A stretch of DNA of 49,359 bases from a virus (IMGVR_UViG_2875722834_000005:1-49359); one strand, 5' to 3'; shown: positions 1-8,967, numbered from the stretch's first letter. Translations and numbers: made by a program. Notes: generated from the letters alone by a model not told the origin.

Positions 1-549
1 TCAGCTAGCTGGAAACTTTTTATACAGAGTTGAGAGCCCTACTCCATACGTTTTTGATACGCTTTGTCGTGATTCACCGGTTGCCATCCGCTCCCCCATT
101 TCCCGCCATTGCTCATCCGTGAACTTAGGCCTGCGACCACCAACTCGCCCTTTTGCCCTGGCTACGGCCAGCCCTGCTAAGGTACGTTCGCTATTAAGAT
201 CAGATTCATATTGTGCTGCGGAAAGGATGTTACGAAAGTTATAGCGGCCGCTGGCTGTTTTGAGATCCACGCCATCGGTAATACTGCGGAAGTTGATACC
301 CTTTTCCTGTAACTGCTGGAACATCAACAGCGCATGCAGAACGTTGCGGCCTATCCTGTCCAGCTTCCAGACCACCAGTTCATCCCCCGGCTGCATAGTG
401 GCGATCAGCCGTTTTAGAACCGGCCGATTCGATTTCCTCCCGCTGGCATGCTCTTCAAAAATTTTCTCACAACCCGCTGACTTGAGCGCCGTTAGTTGCA
501 ATTCAGTGTCCTGGTGGTTTGTTGATACTCGGGCATAACCGTAAATCAT
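1..549 (-). CDS. Serine-type DNA invertase (Hin/Gin/Pin family site-specific recombinase)
   Basis: 182-aa ORF; N-terminal resolvase motif GYARVSTNHQ with catalytic Ser, C-terminal HTH-like tail; size typical of Pin/Hin invertases. Confidence 0.8.
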   Translation of the reverse strand: MIYGYARVSTNHQDTELQLTALKSAGCEKIFEEHASGRKSNRPVLKRLIATMQPGDELVVWKLDRIGRNVLHALLMFQQLQEKGINFRSITDGVDLKTASGRYNFRNILSAAQYESDLNSERTLAGLAVARAKGRVGGRRPKFTDEQWREMGERMATGESRQSVSKTYGVGLSTLYKKFPAS

Positions 550-555
550 GAGTGC

Positions 556-583
556 TTCTCCTGTTGTAAAAACAGGAGAAGAG
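556..583 (-). promoter_or_regulatory. Inverted repeat (about 11-bp arms) overlapping the invertase ribosome-binding site
   Basis: TTCTCCTGTT..AACAGGAGAAG palindrome seen directly; 3' arm contains the AGGAGAA Shine-Dalgarno 7 nt upstream of the invertase ATG. Confidence 0.4.
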
Positions 584-740
584 GCGAAATATCACCTGAT
601 TCAGAAAAATATTTGAAAGGTTGGTTTGGGAGAAGCGGCAAAACGGGATGTGGGAACAGGGGAAAATCAGATACCGGATATGGCTTTTTTTGCCAGTGGT
701 GATGGATGGATGAAATTACCCAACGGTAAAATCCTGCAAT

Positions 741-977
741 ATGGTCGAGGTGCGGTTACGCCGCCGAGGTATCGATACAATTGTGTTATGTGGGATCTCG
801 ACCAATATCGGTGTTGAATCCACCGCCCGCAATGCCTGGGAACTTGGCTTTAATCTGGTGATTGCCGAAGACGCCTGTAGTGCCGCCAGCGCCGAGCAAC
901 ACAATAACAGCATTAATCATATCTACCCGCGCATCGCCCGTGTGCGTAGCGTGGAAGAGATCCTTCACGCGTTATGA
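741..977 (+). pseudogene. 3' fragment of isochorismatase-family hydrolase (YecD/YcaC-like), N-terminus missing
   Basis: Translation [18 protein letters not shown]...AEDAC matches the conserved C-terminal half of isochorismatase-family proteins; no in-frame N-terminal half upstream. Confidence 0.55.
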
Positions 978-1066
978 TTTACATCGGTCTGCCGCAATGG
1001 TCGCATCCTAAATGGGTGCGGTTGGGGATCACCAGCCTTGAAGAGTATGCCCGCCACTTTAACTGA
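974..1066 (+). pseudogene. 5' fragment (30 codons) of a DUF72/YecE-like gene truncated by a stop at the prophage junction
   Basis: ATG overlaps the upstream stop (ATGA); [19 protein letters not shown] resembles DUF72/YecE N-termini; reading frame ends abruptly at 1064-1066. Confidence 0.5.
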
Positions 1067-1185
1067 GTGACGCGGTAATTTTTAAAATCACTAAAGAACG
1101 CCCAAGAGCATGTGTTTTCTTTAGGTTAATCAGTGCATTATAAGACGCCTCCATATGAAATTCGGTTAAGTTCATATGAGTTAAA

Positions 1186-1267
1186 ATGTCCCAACCATGC
1201 CCCAAAACTGGCATTTATGCCCCATACATGCCCCAAAAACCTTCCTTAAAAAGCTACGTGCCCAACC
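1186..1267 (+). repeat. Cluster of short direct repeats (ATGCCCCA x3; GYCCCAACC x2) next to the prophage junction
   Basis: Repeats read directly at 1198-1209, 1218-1228, 1229-1241 and 1187-1196, 1258-1267. Confidence 0.35.
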
Positions 1268-1268
1268 G

Positions 1269-1297
1269 TTGACGCTATATAAATAAACAGTATAAAT
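1269..1297 (+). promoter_or_regulatory. Putative sigma70 promoter with degenerate LexA-like box upstream of dinI-like gene
   Basis: TTGACG (-35), TATAAAT (-10); spacer CTATATAAATAAACAG resembles the E. coli dinI SOS box but has CTAT instead of CTGT. Confidence 0.4.
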
Positions 1298-1330
1298 TGC
1301 GTGCAAAATCATTGTTGCTTTGGAGGCGGT

Positions 1331-1570
1331 ATGTTCGTTGAGTTGGTGTACGACAAACGGAATGTTGAAGGATTAACAGGTGCCAGAGAAATAATTCTGA
1401 ATGAGTTAACAAAGCGAGTGCACCGGATCTTTCCGGATGCAGAAGTGAAGGTTAAGCCGATGCAGGCGAACGGCTTAAACAGCGATGCCAGCAAGAGTGA
1501 TCAGGAAAAACTGAATCGCATGTTGGAAGATATGTTTGAAGAGGCCGATATGAGGCTGGCTGCGGGTTAA
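1331..1570 (+). CDS. dinI: DinI-like DNA damage-inducible protein
   Basis: 80-aa product resembles DinI in length and sequence pattern; GGAGG RBS 4 nt upstream of ATG. Confidence 0.8.
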   Translation: MFVELVYDKRNVEGLTGAREIILNELTKRVHRIFPDAEVKVKPMQANGLNSDASKSDQEKLNRMLEDMFEEADMRLAAG

Positions 1571-2034
1571 ATCCTGAAAGCCCCAGAGAGTTATGTTGAA
1601 TGCTAGAGACCGCATCCTACCGGAAGTGGTTGCTGTAATTGTTCTCTTCTGTATAGGTCATATTGCGTTATCATATCAAGTGTAACGACTACGGGATCGT
1701 ACCTTCCATTAAGTATAAGTCGTACAACTACACATGTCGGCATGAATAAAAATAGTGGGGCTTAAATATTGGTGTTAGGCAAGATGATGAAGGCAAGTAT
1801 GTTACCAGTGACAGGCCTTTTACACAGTATGATCATAAATGGCAGGCAGACAATGCAGAGAGCTGGCAAAGTGCATGTGATGCCAGCAAATCAGTTAGTC
1901 AGCCGAGCCAGTCTTACCAGACGCCACAGTTTACAGCAGTTGTCGGTCAATCTGGGTTAAGCACTCTTTTTGGCTATGCCACGATAATATTAATATTCTG
2001 GGCTATTCTTAATTTTTTTATTCTCATACCCGGC

Positions 2035-2370
2035 ATGAGGGCAAGCTTATTATTACAAAGCGCGGGGGGCTTTTTTGCAATACCTGGGGCATGTATAGGG
2101 GTTATACTTAGACTTGTCCATTTAATACTTTTCGCCCCTTATGTTTTTATATACCCTTGGAGTGATGGTGACATTGCCAGACAATTTTGTTATCAGATGG
2201 GTGTGATTGCCGTAACTTCAATTCCAGCCCTAATTCTTTGGAAAAAAATAAAGAAATCCATACTTTATTTTACAGGAGCACTTGCGATATTATCCTATAT
2301 CTCCGTAGGTTTGTTGGCACTTAACAATGATTTATGGGCTTCTTTTAAAGTTTATCCATTTTTAAACTAG
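2035..2370 (+). CDS. Hypothetical small membrane protein in AT-rich segment
   Basis: ORF with hydrophobic segments in a markedly AT-rich stretch; start codon uncertain. Confidence 0.3.
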   Translation: MRASLLLQSAGGFFAIPGACIGVILRLVHLILFAPYVFIYPWSDGDIARQFCYQMGVIAVTSIPALILWKKIKKSILYFTGALAILSYISVGLLALNNDLWASFKVYPFLN

Positions 2371-2389
2371 CCCGGCAATTTCATGCCGT

Positions 2390-2718
2390 TCAGCTTACCC
2401 GATTCCCGCCCGTTGTGCGGGAATCTTTGTAGAAACCAGACCCGCCCACGATGTTACTGACGACAATATCACCGTCTTCGGGATGGAGGCTGAAATCAAT
2501 GAGAAGGTATGAACCATCGAGGATGCCGGCATTGATCATTGAATCTCTGGCGACGCGAAGTGTATATGTCGATGAGGGGTGGAGAATAAGATGCGACACA
2601 GATCGATGCCGCTCTCGATATAGTCAGCGGCAGGACTGGGAAAGCCTGCCGAAATGAGATCCCCATAAACAGGGATATATACCGGAACGTCCGGAAAAAT
2701 AAGGCGTTGTAGTTGCAT
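2390..2718 (-). pseudogene. umuD: umuD-like (LexA/S24 peptidase family) gene remnant, frameshifted and truncated; no umuC follows
   Basis: N-terminal frame (2718-2536) matches UmuD N-terminus (GFPSPAADY..IDL); second frame (2599-2390) matches the S24 core (RVARDSMI..DGDIVV); the two parts are in different frames. Confidence 0.7.
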
Positions 2719-2737
2719 AATTACCTCCTTTGTAACT

Positions 2738-2757
2738 TACTGTATATATATACAGTA
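2738..2757. promoter_or_regulatory. LexA operator (SOS box), perfect consensus palindrome
   Basis: TACTGTATATATATACAGTA read directly, 20 nt upstream of the umuD-like start and its AAGGAGG RBS. Confidence 0.8.
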
Positions 2758-2825
2758 GTTTTAATTTGAAGGCAGATCAATACTGGTTAAAACTATCAAT
2801 CACCAGAACAGGGATTATTCGCGCA

Positions 2826-4094
2826 TCAGCTCGGGCTACTGTCAGCACCACCACCTTGTTGTGCGGCTTTCAGTTTCTGGTTGAACACCGAACTTTCTGG
2901 CATTTCGAGACGCAGGTCTATCCATCGCCCGGCGGGAATATCCATCGGCTCACCTGCGACGATCATAGCGGTTTCACTGTCAAAGCGACGTTTAAAAACC
3001 GACACGATAATGGTTCCGCCCTGAGTGGATTGCGTCTCCACAAAACACAGGCGGTTGCCATTTGAATCCTGTGGGATTTCAATAGTCCAGCCGTCAGCGT
3101 GTAGCCCGACAGCGCCACGTATTTCATATACGCCAGTAGCAATTTTTTCCGCTGTAACGCCTTCCGCCTCCATATTGGTCGCGGCACAGCCAGAAAGTGA
3201 AAAATCTTCGAGAAAACCAGCAGGCATGCCTCTGTGATCATTGGTAAGTCGCACAACAGGTGAGGCTTTTTTTATAAACCCGTTTGCATCAACAGTGGTT
3301 GTCAGATTGTCCAGCAACAGACGGGTTGTTGTAACCCCCGCAGTGCCGTATCCGGACATTACACGGATGCCCCTGGTAAAATAATGCACGCTCATGAGAA
3401 ACCACGTATCGTTTGCTCCCACCCATAATGTGGGCGCACTTTGTGGAATTTCATAGAATTCACCCGTCATTGGCAATATGTTCTGTAGGGTTGCAAGACT
3501 GAATCCCCTCATTTTTGCCACGACGTTATCAATCACAGATTCACTGGTCGAATTATATTCGGATACAGGAAATCCTTTTTTCAAACCAAGCCCTTCACGT
3601 GCGCTGGCCTGGGTAGTACCGCCAGTACCGCCCTGCTTTACAGACAATGCTGTGGTCAGCCCTTCCAGACTGGTGATGTCTTTATTTACCCCTTTTTTTG
3701 CCATGCTGCCAATGGAGGGGATGCTCATGCTTACACCGTTGATGGTGACCGTGATCATCTGGTTGGCTGTAGTGCTGGCGAACGCCTCCCACGCGCCAAT
3801 ATTCTCGTCGTACTCTTTGATGAGCTGTGACATGGCCTGCGCCAGGCCGTCGACTGAGATATTGTCCGACACAAGGATTCCATACTTCTGGCCGCTCAGC
3901 GCCGGGGAAACTGCTGGCGTAACCGTCATTGACGTGGCGCTGTTCACGGATGAAATCTGAAACAGCTGCACCGGGTTAGACATCACGATAATCGTCTGGC
4001 CAGCGCGGACCTGGCTGGCGGGAGCTGTCCAGTTTGTGCCCGTCCCGGTGGCGGTATTTCCATTAATGGCGATGGTGCCGGTGTTATAAAGCAT
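2826..4094 (-). CDS. Tail fibre / receptor-binding protein
   Basis: 422 aa; N-terminal region with the QGGTGGTTQASAREGLGL motif common to tail fibre and tailspike anchors; sits at the distal end of the tail module; start taken at the second ATG, which has a GGAG RBS. Confidence 0.7.
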   Translation of the reverse strand: MLYNTGTIAINGNTATGTGTNWTAPASQVRAGQTIIVMSNPVQLFQISSVNSATSMTVTPAVSPALSGQKYGILVSDNISVDGLAQAMSQLIKEYDENIGAWEAFASTTANQMITVTINGVSMSIPSIGSMAKKGVNKDITSLEGLTTALSVKQGGTGGTTQASAREGLGLKKGFPVSEYNSTSESVIDNVVAKMRGFSLATLQNILPMTGEFYEIPQSAPTLWVGANDTWFLMSVHYFTRGIRVMSGYGTAGVTTTRLLLDNLTTTVDANGFIKKASPVVRLTNDHRGMPAGFLEDFSLSGCAATNMEAEGVTAEKIATGVYEIRGAVGLHADGWTIEIPQDSNGNRLCFVETQSTQGGTIIVSVFKRRFDSETAMIVAGEPMDIPAGRWIDLRLEMPESSVFNQKLKAAQQGGGADSSPS

Positions 4095-4111
4095 ATTTTC
4101 TCCAGGCAATA

Positions 4112-4135
4112 AAAAAACCCCGCCGGAGCGAGGTT
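4112..4135 (-). terminator. Rho-independent terminator-like hairpin with U-run between lipoprotein gene and tail fibre gene
   Basis: Minus-strand CCTCGC-TCCG-GCGGGG stem-loop followed by TTTTTTTATT. Confidence 0.5.
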
Positions 4136-4154
4136 TATGTTTAAGCGTAGTGGG

Positions 4155-4388
4155 TTATTTGCAGGTTGTTTCGGTAAATGTATTCGCACTTACCCAGCGC
4201 CAGCTGAAAGGATATCCAGCCCGGTACTGCGTCTGGTTGTTTTGTTTACGCACACCGTAAATCTGAACCGTAGTTTCCTGACCGCCAACGATTGCAGTGC
4301 CGCTGCAAACTGGTTCCTGTTTCTCAATTACGCCAGCGCATCCTGTAAGCATGACAGCGCCTGCCATGCAGATAATCAGTTTTCTCAT
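4155..4388 (-). CDS. Small lipoprotein, possibly Cor-type superinfection-exclusion protein
   Basis: 77 aa with signal peptide and lipobox LTGC; located between the tip-fibre J gene and the tail fibre gene, as cor is in phi80/N15-type phages. Confidence 0.55.
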   Translation of the reverse strand: MRKLIICMAGAVMLTGCAGVIEKQEPVCSGTAIVGGQETTVQIYGVRKQNNQTQYRAGYPFSWRWVSANTFTETTCK

Positions 4389-4499
4389 TTTGATAGTATC
4401 CAGAGGAATTCAGTATCTTAGACGATACCAATACAATTCTGGTGGGTATAATTGATTGGATAGATCAATATTATGTTATTGATCGCTAAAAACGATCAA

Positions 4500-5174
4500 T
4501 CAATCATAGGCCGCTGTATTTATGGCGGTTAATGAAATGCCAGTATTCGTTCCCCCTCCAGGTGAACCTGCCCCAGTGGAGGTCCCCCCTGCGTTTATCC
4601 TCGTATTGGCCCCGTCAAACCTGCATGAAGAATAAGCATTTATCGTGTAGATAGTCGGAGGCTGGGTTGAATTATTCACAATGATGGTCTGACCCAACTG
4701 AGCAGGTGCAACGGCCCATGACCCGCTCAGCGTCTGGTCAATATTTATCCCGCCGTTTGCACCAGGCGTGCCAACCGTCTGCAGGTCTGATAGCACACGG
4801 GACTCATTAGTTAACACAAGCTTTCCGCTCGCATCCCATATTGCCAAACCCCATTTCGGTAATATCTGCGGGAATATGGCAAAAACGTACGCCGTTAAAG
4901 TGAAACTTTGGTTGTAGGGATTAACACCAGCAACATACACATTACCGCCGTTCCTGTAAGACATAACCGGAGTGGGCTGTGCTGTATTGGTGGTTTTGAT
5001 AAAAACCATCACTGGGTAATCAGCGTTTAAAGCGATATTTTGAGCAACCTGCTGAGAACTGCCATTCGCGGATGAATTGAAGGTATACTTCCCGTAAAGA
5101 CAGAAAGGCGTTGATTGTGGCGTTACAAAGGGATTCCCGTTATCCATTAATATCATCGCGCCAAATTCGGCCAT
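4500..5174 (-). CDS. Hypothetical tail-region protein (224 aa)
   Basis: ORF immediately downstream of J-like gene; Gly/Asn/Thr-rich; no recognised family. Confidence 0.5.
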   Translation of the reverse strand: MAEFGAMILMDNGNPFVTPQSTPFCLYGKYTFNSSANGSSQQVAQNIALNADYPVMVFIKTTNTAQPTPVMSYRNGGNVYVAGVNPYNQSFTLTAYVFAIFPQILPKWGLAIWDASGKLVLTNESRVLSDLQTVGTPGANGGINIDQTLSGSWAVAPAQLGQTIIVNNSTQPPTIYTINAYSSCRFDGANTRINAGGTSTGAGSPGGGTNTGISLTAINTAAYD

Positions 5175-5476
5175 TATGCTTTCTCCATGAAAACGACCAC
5201 CTCACATTTAGAGGCCGGGTAATTACCCAGGCCCACAGAAGAGGCTGCGGTTACGGTTATTGTGTTCCCTGACGCGACAATGCTCCTCCCTACGCTGTTA
5301 CCTCCTTCATCAAGTGAGAGCGCAAAACCGACCTTCATTCCTGAGGGTACAGTGAAAGACCAGCTGCCGGAGTTTTGTCCGGCGGCAAGTTGTATACGTC
5401 CAACAACGGAAACGGGCTTGATTCCGTAGTTGTTGGGGTTTCCCGAAGCATCCCAGGTCTGTATTCCATAAGCCAT
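5174..5476 (-). CDS. Hypothetical tail-region protein (100 aa)
   Basis: ORF directly after J; stop/start overlap with the next gene; N-terminus resembles that of the 224-aa neighbour. Confidence 0.5.
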   Translation of the reverse strand: MAYGIQTWDASGNPNNYGIKPVSVVGRIQLAAGQNSGSWSFTVPSGMKVGFALSLDEGGNSVGRSIVASGNTITVTAASSVGLGNYPASKCEVVVFMEKA

Positions 5477-5477
5477 A

Positions 5478-8400
5478 TCAGAACACCCCCGTTAATCGGC
5501 CAACCTGCACTCTCAGAACGTTGTTGCCATCCTTGACGCTGATTGTCTGGTTGGTCTGCTTCATGGCTCCCTCCCCAGCTGTCGAACCGTAGTTCTCAAA
5601 CGTCCCGGACTTATCCAGTTTCCAGCCAACAGAGCCGGCAACATAATTGTTCGACTGGATGTAATTGCCAATTTTTGCATTGCTTATGGTCCCGTCGCCA
5701 ATGACTGTATCCCTGATAATGGCCTGGCCATTCTGGATAACGAACGGCAGTGTTACAGTCCCGCCGACCATAGTAGTCACGGCGAAACGGTCTGCCAGGA
5801 AGATTACCTGTGACTGCATGCCGGAGGGTGTATTTTGAACCCCAATACCCATCCCGGCAGCGTAATACTGCCCGTTACTGGACACCCCCACCTTGATGTT
5901 ATACATCGCGCTGAGGTTACCGTTTACATCTGCTATAGCCTGTGCGTTGACGTTTATCGCTGCACTGTTTTCGCCTGATTTAACAGTCAGAGTGTTGATT
6001 TTTGTTGCCGAAGCCTGGGTGAAATCAGCAAGAGTTTCTGTCAGGTCCGTTGAGTTAGAGATATTGCCACCAGCTTCTGCATCCAGTGTGACCAGCGCGC
6101 GTGCGACCGCCTGGCTGGTATCGGCAATCGTAGTATCCACTCTGTCTATACTGGCACTGTTCCCGGCGTTCGTGGCGGTCTGCGAGCGACGGCTTACCAC
6201 CTGCGCCAGCCCATTCTGAATAATCGCGATTGCCGAGTTCTTCACTCCTCCCGTCATGCCGTCCATCGACACAGAAATCTCGTCGATCTTCACTTCGGCC
6301 TGAGCCAGCCCGTCAGCGTTCTCCAGGATGTCTTTCGCCTGCTGCTCGAGTTCGTCGGCATGGTTTTTAATTTCGTCAGCCATGCCAGCAATTTTTTCAT
6401 TGCTGTCCACCGCGTTCTCGATCAGGTCTTTGAACGTATCGGAGTCTTTAATTTCCTCCAGAATCACATCTGTGATATCGGAAACATCGATGCTGGCCTG
6501 TCCTCGCACCCATTCTGTGTACCCTGATTCGTTGCCGCTGCGGTCCACCAGCTGCGCGCGGTACCAGAAAATCTGCCCAGCCTTAAGGCCCATCTGCTGA
6601 TATTTGCGCTGCGGGTAAGGCACATCGGCCAGCAGCATGGCATCGTCTTCAGTACCGGTCAGGCTGTACTGAATTTCCGTCTTCAGCGTGTCGTCGGTAT
6701 TCGCCTGGAATCCCCAGTTCAGCTCGATACCGAACACCACGTTTTCAGAGGCGATAAAGCCAACCGGCTTCGGTGGATTGCCCACTTTACCCGTCAGCGT
6801 TTTCTCTTCTGAATAGCCCCATCCGGATGAAATTTCTGCGGCATTGATTGCGCGCACCCGCACCAGGTAGCGCCCGGCATAAATCCCCGGGACGTCGAAT
6901 GACGTGGTGGAGGTGCGCGGCACGTTAACCCAGTTCCCGTCATTGCGACGCCACTGTGCCTCATACGCGATAGCATTTTTCGCCTGGTCCCAGCTGACGC
7001 GCATGGTCTCAACGCTGATATTCTGCTGAACGACAGAAAACGAACTGATCGCGATATTAGCTGGCGGGGACTGATTACCGGGCGGAATTACACTTATTGG
7101 CCGCTGGTCGATAATGGCACCGGTATCGATACGCGCATATTTATCCGGATCGTGCAAAGCGCCAGCAATCGAATACGTTCCGTCATTATTATCCGTAACG
7201 CTGATAACGCGATATTGCTGCGCGTAAAGCTCTTCAGACTCGACAATCCACACCGATTCCACTGCAGGTGTTTCGCTGTATGCCGTTGTCACAGTGACGG
7301 CCCGCCCGTTTACGCTCTGTATCGTCCTGCTCTGCGATGCGCCGGACGGAAGGTTAACCATCAGACGGCTTCCGGGAGCGGCTGCCGAATCACGATCAAG
7401 CGTGATAACGCGACCGTTAACCGCGCTGATGCGCCCTCCCATCACTTTTCCGGAAAGCAGCTCATCGGCAACCGCGATGATATAACCAGGCTGTGGGATC
7501 TTACCGTCAAGACCAACATCGAACGACACGATGCGATCCTTGTTATTGGTCAGGATACCCCAACGTCCTTTGCGGTTTGCCTCTGACTGCCGGGTACAAC
7601 CAATGGCTGTCATTTCGAGCTGATTTGTGCCAAAGCGAGCAACGAGATCCTGCTCAAATACAGGCTCCATCGCATCCGCGTAGGCATTACCCGGATCGGA
7701 CCAGGAAACCAGTGCCGTGGTATAGCGGGTTTTGGTGGTGCTGCCCGAATAGGTAAAGCGCCCATTAACCACGTTTGCACGCGTGTAGCTGTAATCCACA
7801 TCGCGGGGCATATCCGCCAGCGCAACGATTTGATCGCCACCCCAGTACGTCATGCCCCGGAATATCGCCGCAAAATCACGTAACACGGTATAGGCGTCAT
7901 TCCTCTCCTGCACGTACACGTTACAGGTATAGCGAGGCTCAGTGCCGCTACCGCCTTTACCATCAGGAACCGGCTGATCGCAATATTGCGCGACCTGATA
8001 AAGCGTCCATTTATCAATATTGGCCGCCGTCAGGCGATTGCCCAGCCCAAAGCGGTCGCTCACCACCAGATCGTAAAAAATCCAGGCTGGATTATCCGTC
8101 CACGCCCACTTAAACGCCCCTGTCCATGTGCCGCTGTAGGTGCGGGTCTCCGGGTCATACGTATCCGGCACGCGGATAACGCGCCCGCGCGGTTCACAGG
8201 AAATTTGCGGGATGGAGCCGTTAAACTGGCTTGAGTCGAATTCGATGTACAGCAGCGCGGTATTTGGATAACGCAGTTTGGCGTCAATAACCTCTGTGTA
8301 GCTCTGCAGCGTCATCGTGTCGCCAATTTTCGCGCTGTTGGCATCCGCCGTAAGCTTACGCAGGCGCACCGTCCATGTACTGCCTGCCTGCGGTAAGTCG

Positions 8401-8933
8401 ATACGGTGGCTGCGTTCGTAGCCTGACGTGGTTTTCCCGGTGACGCTGGTATTAAGCACGGTCTGCCAGGTACCGCCATCTGTCTGCAGATCGATAGCGT
8501 AATTAATCGAATAGCCGACCAGATCGCCGTCGTCCTCCTGTTTAAACAGTGATGGCCATTTGAGGCGCAGACGAATGGCTGACAGCTGGGTGTTGGTAAA
8601 GGTATGCGTCCAGGCCGTAGCGCTTGACACTTCGGTGCCCACGCTGATTTCATTTTCTGTGCCGGGGATACCCTGAATATATTTTTGTGCCTGAGTCCCC
8701 GGACGAAATTCCCACGCCACGCCACTGAAGTTTTGCGATCCGTCTGCATTCTCCAGTGGCGTGCCATCGAGATAGATATCCTTCGCCGTCAACTGCCCTG
8801 CAAATTCGCCCTCTCCCAGTGCAACAAGAATTTTGGCTTTCGCTACGGACTGGAGATCGTCTGGTTGTTCAGTCGGGGTGCGTGAACTGGAGCTGCCGCC
8901 CTTGCGGCCTCTAATCGGAGTAGATGTAGCCAT
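5478..8933 (-). CDS. J: Tail tip attachment / host specificity protein J
   Basis: 1151 aa; N-terminal region matches lambda J; correct position after I. Confidence 0.9.
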   Translation of the reverse strand: MATSTPIRGRKGGSSSSRTPTEQPDDLQSVAKAKILVALGEGEFAGQLTAKDIYLDGTPLENADGSQNFSGVAWEFRPGTQAQKYIQGIPGTENEISVGTEVSSATAWTHTFTNTQLSAIRLRLKWPSLFKQEDDGDLVGYSINYAIDLQTDGGTWQTVLNTSVTGKTTSGYERSHRIDLPQAGSTWTVRLRKLTADANSAKIGDTMTLQSYTEVIDAKLRYPNTALLYIEFDSSQFNGSIPQISCEPRGRVIRVPDTYDPETRTYSGTWTGAFKWAWTDNPAWIFYDLVVSDRFGLGNRLTAANIDKWTLYQVAQYCDQPVPDGKGGSGTEPRYTCNVYVQERNDAYTVLRDFAAIFRGMTYWGGDQIVALADMPRDVDYSYTRANVVNGRFTYSGSTTKTRYTTALVSWSDPGNAYADAMEPVFEQDLVARFGTNQLEMTAIGCTRQSEANRKGRWGILTNNKDRIVSFDVGLDGKIPQPGYIIAVADELLSGKVMGGRISAVNGRVITLDRDSAAAPGSRLMVNLPSGASQSRTIQSVNGRAVTVTTAYSETPAVESVWIVESEELYAQQYRVISVTDNNDGTYSIAGALHDPDKYARIDTGAIIDQRPISVIPPGNQSPPANIAISSFSVVQQNISVETMRVSWDQAKNAIAYEAQWRRNDGNWVNVPRTSTTSFDVPGIYAGRYLVRVRAINAAEISSGWGYSEEKTLTGKVGNPPKPVGFIASENVVFGIELNWGFQANTDDTLKTEIQYSLTGTEDDAMLLADVPYPQRKYQQMGLKAGQIFWYRAQLVDRSGNESGYTEWVRGQASIDVSDITDVILEEIKDSDTFKDLIENAVDSNEKIAGMADEIKNHADELEQQAKDILENADGLAQAEVKIDEISVSMDGMTGGVKNSAIAIIQNGLAQVVSRRSQTATNAGNSASIDRVDTTIADTSQAVARALVTLDAEAGGNISNSTDLTETLADFTQASATKINTLTVKSGENSAAINVNAQAIADVNGNLSAMYNIKVGVSSNGQYYAAGMGIGVQNTPSGMQSQVIFLADRFAVTTMVGGTVTLPFVIQNGQAIIRDTVIGDGTISNAKIGNYIQSNNYVAGSVGWKLDKSGTFENYGSTAGEGAMKQTNQTISVKDGNNVLRVQVGRLTGVF

Positions 8934-8951
8934 ATTGCGCCCATAAAAAAG

Positions 8952-8967
8952 GCCACCCGAAGGTGGC
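8952..8967 (-). terminator. Hairpin GCCACC-TTCG-GGTGGC followed by U-run, located between I and J
   Basis: Seen directly; an identical element recurs at 28458-28475. Confidence 0.4.

Noticed and set aside
556-583. Inverted repeat upstream of the invertase considered as a hix/gix-type crossover site
   Set aside because: Perfect palindrome whose half-sites do not resemble the TTATCAAAAACC-type consensus; better explained as an RBS-sequestering hairpin, though this is not proven
1570-2035. Searched for a tRNA gene or tRNA-derived att site near the left junction
   Set aside because: No cloverleaf-compatible sequence recognised by eye; the junction appears to lie in a protein-coding gene
5893-8885. 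Multiple 60-150-aa ORFs on the plus strand and in alternative frames inside the J gene
   Set aside because: Embedded in or antisense to a strongly supported 1151-aa gene; typical spurious ORFs in GC-rich coding DNA
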